In this document: positions 27,084 to 37,700 of the stretch, piece by piece
How positions within the stretch are numbered: the first letter of the stretch is position 1
Layout: each line of letters starts with the position of its first letter
Origin: Euglena gracilis
Taxonomy: Eukaryota
Assembly: GCA_039621445.1 (NCBI GenBank)
Contig: CP154954.1
Coordinates: forward strand, 3,229,715 to 3,293,714
Direction: 5' to 3'
Length of the DNA stretch: 64,000 nucleotides
Made by a program: the position numbers and the translations under genes
The notes under the pieces: generated by a model
The model's database searches: none
Seen by the model: only the letters and a program-made list of their open reading frames with translations
What the model was told of the DNA's origin: nothing

Positions 27084-30000
27084 TGTTTCTTTCCCCCCTT
27101 GAGATTTTGTCGAGGCGCCTCTCATGTCTTACATGTTTTATTCTGCAACAAGGCCGGAGCTGCCAACGAGAGGCCTGGTGGAGTGGGCGGTTTATTTTCG
27201 GAGATCGTCATGAACATACTATGCATATTATATATTATTATAGACAATAGGGACGGCAATCACAGTGTTGGGGTGGGGGATGGAGACTCTTTAAACCAAC
27301 AGTGTTCTAGAGAGAGGCCGGGCCCCACTGAGCGGTTTAAAACAAAACAAAAATGCGAAATGTATTGCACGCTGGAACAAATAATCTCCTGTTCAAAATT
27401 GCAAAAAAAAATGACGAAGCGGCGTTTGACTGGACAGAATGTGACAATTATCTCTTCTTCCTTGTTTCTTTTTTCAACACACTGAATCATTTTTTTGTGA
27501 TTTATCCGGAGTTGATCAAGCTCGCATCTCCGAGGCAATAAACCCTCCCCACCCTCAGTTTTTTTTTGCCAACTGGAACCCACTTGTGGTGACACCCAGG
27601 TGGTCAACATCGCTGTCGTTTCAAAAGCACAACAGCATAGCAACGTGGCCATAACCAGCAGGTATCTCCTTTGCACGTCCCAAATTAAAATAAAACGAGC
27701 GATCCAGCAAACTTTGTATCTGCGCAGTTGGCAGCGGGCATGCTCTCACCACATTGCACAACCTTCTTCCCAAAATTGCTTCTCTCACAAAATAATACAC
27801 CTAAAAATCAAGGTACATAACAAGAAACCGATGAAAGGCATCACGGCAATCAAGGCTTTAATCCTCCTTTGCTTGTGCCTTGGAATAAAGGGGAAAAACA
27901 AATGTAATTGAAAAGGTGAAATTGTTTTTTTGGTCACACCGTCTCATAAATCTTCCAATGCAGACAATGTCCAGCATTTGAGACCACTGGATTCACTTAG
28001 TGAGCCCAGGGAGACATTTTCCTGCGCTCAAACCCACCCCCATCCAATTCTTTCTGAAAACACACCCAGCCCACCCAAGAATACATATCCAGGCAACCAA
28101 CCAAAATTCCCAAAACTGGTCGCCGAGAACCGTTGAATTTACACTGGTTTTTTTCTGACCCATTACGGCAACCCAAACCCACCCACAGACTCAACCACCC
28201 GAGGGCGGTTAGACCCCCCCCCCAGTCCAGCGAACAATCAGGTGTCAAAATTTGCGGTCTGAACAGGGGGGTGTTCATGGGACCAGCATTCATTGGACAC
28301 GGTGGGGTCTAACAAACTGCGGGGTGCATGTACTATGGGTTGTCTGCCCTTAGGAGGCACCCCCGCGGGGGGGGTCAGTTTTCAGTTCCAGTGCCAGCCG
28401 ACCAGGCACCGATGGTCACGTCCCATTTTGGTGCCATGGTCGACCCTGATGAGCCCCGATCGCCCGGTCGCTCCTGGTTGGCCCTGGTCGGCCGCGGTCG
28501 GCAAATAATTGGGCACAGGTGGGGGGCATGACAAAGAAAATTAGGCATAAGCCATTTTTTGCCAACTTTTGCTCACATTTGGTCTCTTAATGGCCTCTTT
28601 TGAGCAGATTCCATCCATTTTGCCCAGTTTTTGCTGCTTTTGGCACTGTGGCCCACTTTGGGCCGCTTTAAGCCATTTTTGGTTGCCCTTTTTACCACGT
28701 TTGGCCATTAGAGGCCTACTTCTGCTACATGCTGGCCACTCTTGGCCGATTTTTGCCCACTTGAGGCTGCTTCTCCTGCTTTTGGCCACTTTTGCCCATT
28801 TAAGGCTGCTTTTGCTGATTTTTGGCCAGCCTTGTGCACTTTTGATAACCTTTGGCTGCTTTCTGCTGCTTTTTTGATTGTTTTTGTTTCCCTTTGACTG
28901 CTTTTGCTGCTTTCTTGACTGCGTTTGGCCACTTTTGATGACTTCCACCGCTCTTTGCTGCTTTTTGACGAATTTTGGTCACGTTTGGCGTCTTTTGACT
29001 GCTTTTTAGCCACTGTTGCCGACTGTTAGTCACCTTTTGGTGCTTTTTTTGACTGCATTTGGCCGTTGTTGCTGACTTTTGGCCACCTTTTGCCCACGAC
29101 TTTTTGCCCACTTTGGGTTATTTCTGTTGCTGTGCACTCCTTTTGGTCTCTTTTGACTGCTTTTGCCACGTTTGGCCACTCTGCGGCCATTTTGGTCCAC
29201 TTGGGACATATCCGGCCAACAAAAGCAGTGTCAGCCCTGGTCGGTCCTGGCGGCCATGGGTGCCTGTTGCCAACCCAGGCAAATTTCAAAATTGGCCAAT
29301 TTGGACGGAGGGGGGGGGGGTTGTTATACCACAACCCATCGCAAAACCCCCCGGGGTCGAAATGTCCAAACCCCTGTCTGCCCACAGCACCAGCCAGAGA
29401 ATGAATTGGAGGGAGACGGCACCCCCTGGGGGGGGGGGGGCACGGGAGGGCCTACTTGGGGTCCAAAATTTTTCTCAGCGCTTCACGCCAAAAAAAAAGA
29501 AGAAGAACACCCTGCCTCTGGCGGGGCACCCGCTCGGCCCGACCCCCCCCCCCCCGGGGGGACGGGCTTGGCCGGGACCCACCCCCCCCGCATCACGAAA
29601 CTTAAAAAAAAACATCTGCACCCAGCCCCGTTCGGGAAACTTCCTGAAAGAACTCTGGTCCAAACTGTTTGGCAGATGAGAGGGTGGAGCCCCATGCCTA
29701 AACTCTGGGCACCCTATTATATCAGACTGAGACCAAACCTTCTGACAGCACTGCTTCAAAAACACAAATTAATTGAAAAAATTACAAATTAGTTGGGGGC
29801 AAAAAAAACACGATAAAAAATGACCCGTGACACCCGGAAAGGCCTGCCTATTCCAAAATTCCAAAAACTGATACCCAGAGGGCTTGCTGGCTGGGCACTT
29901 TTGGAGAACAGGCCACTGGCAGGAAGCGGGGGACCACGTTGGTGGATGTGCCGAAGCGCATCACTGCGGCTTCGGAGGGCAGCCCCCCACCGGGAACAGA

Positions 30001-31779
30001 TCAGGAGGCAGTCGACCCCTGTAGAGCAAAGGGCCCTTGGTGTAACACGCAAATGCATGATGGCCTGACACCCACACACCGGAACAATATCACATACATT
30101 TAATGTCAGAGAATGCAAAAAAAAAGTGAAAACTGAGCAACTGACCTGAAAATTTCAAAAAAAAAAAGGTCAACAATGCAAATGCATTGCCGCATTGAAA
30201 GCAATTTTTTGGCCATTTACTTACCACCAAACCCGAAGGAGGGTTCAAGAGCAGGTCACAGCTTTGTGACCCTTCCCCAGGGGGTAGAATTCAGAGGCCG
30301 GAAAATTTGGGCGGGCAGGAGAAAAACCACTGGCTGATTTTTGCTCTAAACCTCTTACGTTGTCTAATCTCACTTATTGTCAAGCTGGGAAAAAAAGCAG
30401 GTGGTGGAGGGGTGTTTTTTATTTGCAAATGACCCATTTGCAAATTTTTGACCCATTTTGCCGAATTGGGTAATAAATAATTGGGCTTTAACTGATGAAC
30501 TTCTTGCATAATTTGCAAATATTTGAACTTTTTTGCAGCTTCGAATTCTGGACACAATTCATCCGTCACAACTCATCCGTTGGCCCTGGTTGGAGCCACA
30601 CCACATAACAAATAAACACAGAGCACATACTCGGCATCACATTGCAGGGAGGGGGTCATGCCCAGACCGAGAGTGAATGGGTATGCTTGGATCTCAGGAG
30701 ATTTTGCAAGGGAAAATCTAGGAAAGCAGTATGTTTTCACAAAGATGTTCTGGTCGTTTAGCCCCGGGGTTAATTGATATGATAGGATATAATATATCGG
30801 TTGATTTAAGAGCACCACCTTGCGCTGGTAGTTTGTGTGGCAGATTGGCCACATCATCTCATTTACATTGAGATTCTGTGCACCAATTTGGCAGCAAAAT
30901 CGATGTTCCTTCACACAACTGTGTAACGAAGCATTGTTTGTCTTTTTGCGCAGTTGTGCAAATGAGCAATTTCATAACCAACCAACAGCCTCCCATGCCA
31001 ACGTGTTGTAGCTGGAAAACAAATGTTGGCTACATCATATGATCCCTTTGCTTGCTTTTTGGTTGCCTGCAACACTTTAGGGGATAAATGAAGTTTGTTG
31101 CGAAAGGAGTGTGTTTGGCAGGTGGAAGTAGACTGTTACAGACATTTGAGAATTCTCGAAAGGGTAAAGAGCAGGATGATTTCCACCAGTTGTCAATCAG
31201 AAAAATGTGGCGGATAATAGGGGGGTTTCACAAAAAAATTGTGTAATTCTGAGTTCCTGGGGATCAACGCAGGGGTTTTCACAACTCCGCACCATGTTTC
31301 GGAGGGACAAAAAAATTTCGGCTTTTCCTGCAGGTTTCACCCCTGCAAAACCACGCAAAATGCACACACAGAGGGCTGGCGTGCAAGGGACAGTTCAAAA
31401 ACCTGGACTAACCTCTCTAAAAAATAAATAAATAAAAGTGTTCCTTTGTGCAAAGGCAAAGATAAACACATTTAACCGCCAGATCCGCCGACCAAAAACA
31501 ACAGCAGACAGACAAACCGACAGACTGACAGACAGACCGACAGACCGACCGACGGACAGACAGACCGACAGACAGACCGACAGACCGACCGACGGACAGA
31601 CAGACCGACAGACAGACCGACAGACCGACAGACCGACAGACCGAGAGACCGACCGACAGACCGACAGACCGACCGACAGACCGACCGACCGACGGACAGA
31701 CAGACCGACCGACAGACCGACCGACGGACAGACAAACAACAGCAGGGGTGCAGAGAACAGCAAGGGCGGACCTGCGGGG

Positions 31780-34700
31780 TCAGTAGTTGGAGTAGCCGCC
31801 GGCTCCGCCGCCGCCCGTCTTGAAAGTTGCTGCGCTGCTTGCGGCCGCGGAACCCGGCGCGGGGGCCATAGCCGTACCCGACGCCAGGCGTCTGATTTTT
31901 AACCCGTGGGGCCCATATTGGGGAAACAATGAACCTTGTAATTGACCTGAAACGTAAATATGCGGAAAATATGCGGAAAAATGCGGGAAAATGCGGAATA
32001 ATGCGGACCGCATATTCCCCCCCCCTGCGTGGGGTGGCCAGGAAACCTGTCTTGGTACCGAACACCGCCCGGCGAACCTGTCGACCCAACCACCCACCCA
32101 AAATCAGCCAAAACCAGCACTTCAAAAAATATCACGGTCCGGCCTTTGGCTGATCAAAACTCATCCAACCCCTGGGGGTCCAGCAGCCCCAACCACCCAC
32201 CCACTCTCGAAACCCACCCAGGGGAGGGGGGGTTACACAGGTGTTTTGTGACTCCAAGAAGCCGAACAAAACAAAACGTTGGGGTGTCATGGCTCCAAAC
32301 CCCCCGGGGTCGGAAATGTCTTCCCCCTCCCCTGCCTGCCCATAGCCCCCATCCACCCTGGGGAGGTGTGACCCTCCCTCCTTAAAAGGAAGTCTGGTTG
32401 AAGCCCGCGCCAGCCTCCCCGAAGGTCTCGCGGTCCAGCTGCTTCTGCTGCTCCCGAAGCTCCTTGTCCACTTTCTGCGATGGGTCCAAGGACATGCAGA
32501 CAGGGGTTCAGCAAAACGTCGTCGAATTCGACATCCTCGTTGCAAGCATGTGAGTGACGAATTGAGGAAACGGGGTTGGAGTCGGGGAAATGCAAACTGG
32601 TTTTTGTTCAAAAATGTTCACCACAAGTTGAAAATTGAATTTTTCCCGAAAATTCATCCGATATTAAAATAGTAGGAAAAATGCAAAACGCGAAAAATTT
32701 TGGTGACAATTCCTTGTGAATCATGCAAATCTCCATCAATGCAAAAAAGCAAAGGGTCCAGTGTGCCCAGCAAGAAGGGATTTTTTCAAATTTGCTTCTT
32801 CCAAGCTGCCAAGGGCATGCTAAAAATTCAATCCTTTTTAAATTTTTAAAAATTTAAACTTAACTTTTTATTTTTTTTGTTCACCAGACACAAACGCCGA
32901 GGGTTCCTGAATTCCCTCGGATGGAACAGTCATCAAAGGAAGTCACTCTAAAATAAGCAAAGAAGAAAGGACAAGGGGAGATGCATGCCTCACCGCAGTC
33001 GCAGCCAAGGTGACAAAAGTAACGACAAAAATGGCACACATCACGTTCCATGATTATTAGAAATTCACACTTGACTGTGTATGACGACTTAAGCACCATT
33101 TGTGCATGACTATTTGGTTTTTCATTTTTTCATTCCCCCCCTCCCTATTTCCCTCGGTCGCTTGCTTAAATTATAATATCGGATGGTATGGGCTCAACAG
33201 CAGATTGAATTGGGACAGGGGGGGGGGGTGCATTCCCGCAATCACCAGAATCGTTAGGTAGCCCAACAAACAGAACTTTTGCCAGCCATTCTGTGATGGA
33301 CATGCTGGGAAGTATGTTCTAACTTGCGATATGTCGCTTGTTTGTGCTGCTTGAGCGCGAACTGATGCTTGCACACAACCACCTGGAACTATGTGCTTGA
33401 AATATGTTTGAAGCACATCGTGCAAAGTCGACTTTACCCGCCCCCCCCCCCAGAAAACGTTCCAAATCACAAATATTATGCGAATAAATTTTTTGTGGAG
33501 AGTTCATTTGGGAAATTTTCGATTGAGGAAATGCAAGAACCCAAATTATTTGTAGGCATGTGACACATAATATAATAAAATGCATAATATATACATCTAT
33601 ATAATAGTATATATCATAGACACACATGTGCATACATGGGTGTATATGTTTATATGTATACACACATGCAATATATACATGTAATGTTATATATACCATA
33701 TAAAACATATACGTGTGTACATAATGTATAAATATGTTATAATCATAATATTTTAAAATGTTTATCTAATCCGTAGGGGTACCCACTGGCTGGTGGCTGG
33801 ACCCCCACCTGGGGGCACCCCATCTCTGTCCCCACCCACCCACCCACCCACCACAGCAATGCAAGCAGTTATGCCCCCCCCCCCCCTCAAGTTGTCACCC
33901 CCATCTGTGCCGGCCAACTCGTCACATTGGCGAGACGCCAAAAAGGACTGCTTTGGGATGCTTTTGCGACCTTGATCGATTCCACGTGGGAGGGGGGGGG
34001 GGGGCAATTGACTGGGGGGCGGGTATCCTTCCAAAAGAATGCTGACTCCGGGCGGATTTGCACCTTGGGTTCAGGTCCGGTGATCTTCCGCTCCAGTGCC
34101 TCGCAGCTGATCTGGTCAAAGAAGCTCTCCTCCTTGTTGTACACCCCCTGTCGTAGGGAGAAGAAAGGGACATTAAAAATGGACTGTGCCCCTAAACCAT
34201 TGCTTCCCTTAAACCCCTCCCCAAATATAACCCCCCAAACCCCCCAAATATAAAAACCCTGAGGACCTTGAAATCCCGCCGGAATATAAAACCCCCTCTG
34301 GCGCAAAGCACTGGAAGGGAATTTTGTTGACAAAACATCTCCTCAAATTCGTCATTTTTGGCAGTTGGTAAAATTTTTTTTACCAAAAACGTGAAATTTG
34401 CTCCTTTGCCCGAAAAATGAAAATTTCGGACCCCCAAGGGTGGGCGTATTTATGATTTTGGACCGAAAAAGTGACTACTGGATCCCGCCAGGAAGTTGAT
34501 TTTTCCGACCGAATATAAACCCCCCAAATATAAAAACCCCCCTGGGAGTCTTGAAATTTCTGCCTCAATGTAAAACCAGGGGGTTTGGGGGGGTTTATTA
34601 ACAGGTGGGCATTATTCCCCAGGCAATTATTTCTCACCAATTTTTGGGGGGAAAACATCAACACACGACTCCTGTTCTCAAAATGCAGAAATTATCCAAG

Positions 34701-37700
34701 TCCAAAATGTTTGCCACCCCGGGGGGGGGGGGGGCTCCAGCTTCAGAGGCTGGAAAACTTGGGCTGGCTTTAAAAGGCTGCTGGTTAACCCCCTGCCCCT
34801 CCCCCTTCAGAACACGGGGTAGAACCACGTGCCCAGAAATCAAAAATACAAAAATTCCCCCAAAACTGCAAAACTTTACCATTTGCAAAATGGGGAGGGG
34901 GTTCTGGGTGCTGGCTGGGCAGACTTCTCCAGGGACGGTCAATTTCCTTGGAAAATTCACTTGGACTTTGGCTTATTGACACCCTGTTCCAAGCAGAAGC
35001 CAAAAAAAAATCGCCGTGGAAAAACACAAAAATAACACACAAAAAACAAAATTTGCCTAATTCAAAAAACGTAACAAGCCACAAAAAGTGTTTCCCCCGT
35101 CTGAACAAATCCTCATCACAATCCTGCACCGACCCAAGCATGCATACAATGTACATTGCATTGCCAATGTCTGACTGAAAAAAACTGCACTACAGACCAC
35201 AACCCCTTCCATATGAACATCCACGTTGCTGTGATATGTCTGGGGTCAGGGCATGACATATCAATGCACTCAAACTTCAGACCTGGGCATATATGATTTT
35301 TTGGCCCAATTTGTGAAGCAGGAACAAACCTGCCCATTCCCCTTATTACCCTGTGGGTTTTGGGGTCACGTTTGCTTCGTGGAGGCAGGGTCGGCAACCA
35401 CCCACCCACCCACCCGCCAGGCGCCAGGGGTGATTCTGGGAGTCAGTTTGGTCCGATATTTTCCGATCCCATTGTGTAGACAAAAGAGGAAACCCCCATT
35501 CTGGGGACTCGTCCCCCCCCCCCCGGGTCACTAACCATCAACAACCCCGATGTTGTTTGGGAGAATGAAACACAGCGTTTTTGCCGAGCTGCCCAATGGA
35601 TAGCTCCCAGCCACACGAGACGGTATTCAACTCAACTTGTTCGGCTGCACACAGAGGTGGTACCTTGGCGGCTGTGAACTGCAACTTGACCTTCTTGTCC
35701 TCCGCGGTCTCGGACTCACTTGCCTTCTCTTGGAACTCCTGTGCCACCTGTTGACCAGGGTCACTGACCTCACATGTGACATACACAATGCAGACTCATT
35801 CACCCAATCACCCACTCACATTCTCGCATGGCGCACTTGCATGGCACTCGATGCTGCACTACACATGCCACATGATGCTTCACATGACACACTCCACATC
35901 TCGCATAACACATTGCATCAGACGTCTCATACGACATACACAGGGTTTTGTGCCAATTGATCAGACATTGGCATCCAGCAAGAAATCTAAGAAATATCTC
36001 ACCCAAAACAACGCTTATCAACGGAGGCCCACATATGTCCAGGGGCACCTTGGTGAGGTCCAGCTTCTTCAGGTTCTCCTCGAAGTTGAATTCCTCGGCG
36101 TACTGCTTCTTGGCCGCCCCGGAGTCATCCACCTTGAAGTTGCGGCCGGTGTGCTGGTCGGCATTCGAACGAACACTGAGAGGGCGGCAAGGGAGGGAGG
36201 TGTTTGCGTGTTTGAGCAGCAGCATGAGAATGGATACTTAGAAGTAGTAATTAGATGGGGGACAAAGCCGTCATAGCACAGAAGGGCGAAGAAATGATAC
36301 ACACATGTCGATAGGCAGGGTATTAAATTATGTCTGGTTTTGAACGTTGCATTCACTTGCTCGACACTGCAAGCCACACAGCTTCAGCTTAAATGTGTGA
36401 ATGTGCTTTTTTACTCGTTGAAACAAACATCGTTCATTCCGGCCGTTTCACTTCCTTCGCAGGTCATGCTTAAGAGGTAAATGAGGACTCGGCGAATTTG
36501 ACCCCAAAATGCAGCCTCCCCGGCGCACACCTCTCGCTGCGGGGCTTCTTGCCCTCGGGGCGCCGCTCCGGGCGGCCCTCCTTCTGGTCCTTCTTCGCGG
36601 GGCGGCGGTCGTCCTTGCCCCGCTGGCGGTCGCCCTTGGCCGGCTGGCGGTCCCCCTTCCCGGTTCAGCAGCAGGGCGCAGTGGACCCTCCTCAAGAAAA
36701 CACGGCCACGGGTTTGTAGGTGTTGTCCTCAAGCTAGCGTCCCTTCTCATTTGCCGTTCAAACACGCAACAGGGGGGGGGAATTGATATCGGAGGCTTTC
36801 GGAAAAATTGCGGAAAAATTGCGGGAAAATTGCGGAAAATTGCGGAAAATTGCGGAAATTGCGGAAAAATTGCGGATATCAATTCCCCCCCCTTGCACGC
36901 AAGCACCCATGCAGCTTCAGCTTAAACCTGTGAACGTGCCTTTTTAATCGTGGAAACAAATGTGTTCGTTCCGGTTGGGACGATTCACTTCCTTTGCAAG
37001 TCATGTTTTATACATAAATGAGGACTCGGCAACGAAATTTGACCTCGAAGTGCAGCCCGCTGACCACCCCTGGCTGGCCTCACCTCCCAGCAGGAATACG
37101 GGAATGTGCCGTTGGGGCATGCGACAACGACACACTGTGCCACGATCACTGCCCTTGAAGAAAACGGAAGGTGCTGTCCCAAAATGTGCTGTTGACACAT
37201 TGCGTTCGGGGGCAGGTACAAGACGCGCTTCAACAGAATTTTTACCAAAAATTGCCCTGCCTAATCTGCATGGTGTTCACAGGCCCCCTGCTGCCCCTCC
37301 CGAGGAAGCGACCACTTCCAAACTGTCTACTGAACTCTGCGCGGCGGTCGTCCTTCCCACCGCCGCGGCGGTCGTCCTTGCCGCTGCCCCGACGATCATC
37401 CCGACGGTCGTCCCGGCCGGCCTTGAGGGCATCCCCCCTTGGCTGCCCTATTCTGGACCAGGCTGTTTTTTGTGCTAGGGCACTTTTGGCCGTGTGCCCT
37501 ACCCCCCCCCCCCGGGGGCGTCGGATAGTGCCTTGGAGTGCCTGCCCAGGCAGGCACCCCCCTCCCCGGGTGCCTGCCCCGGCAGGCCCCCCCCCCCCCG
37601 GGGTGGGGGTCGGCACCCGACTAAAATACAGCCTGTTCTGGACCCCCCCCGATTTCTGACCCCATGCAACTTATTGCATATGTGCAAGATATCTGGTACG

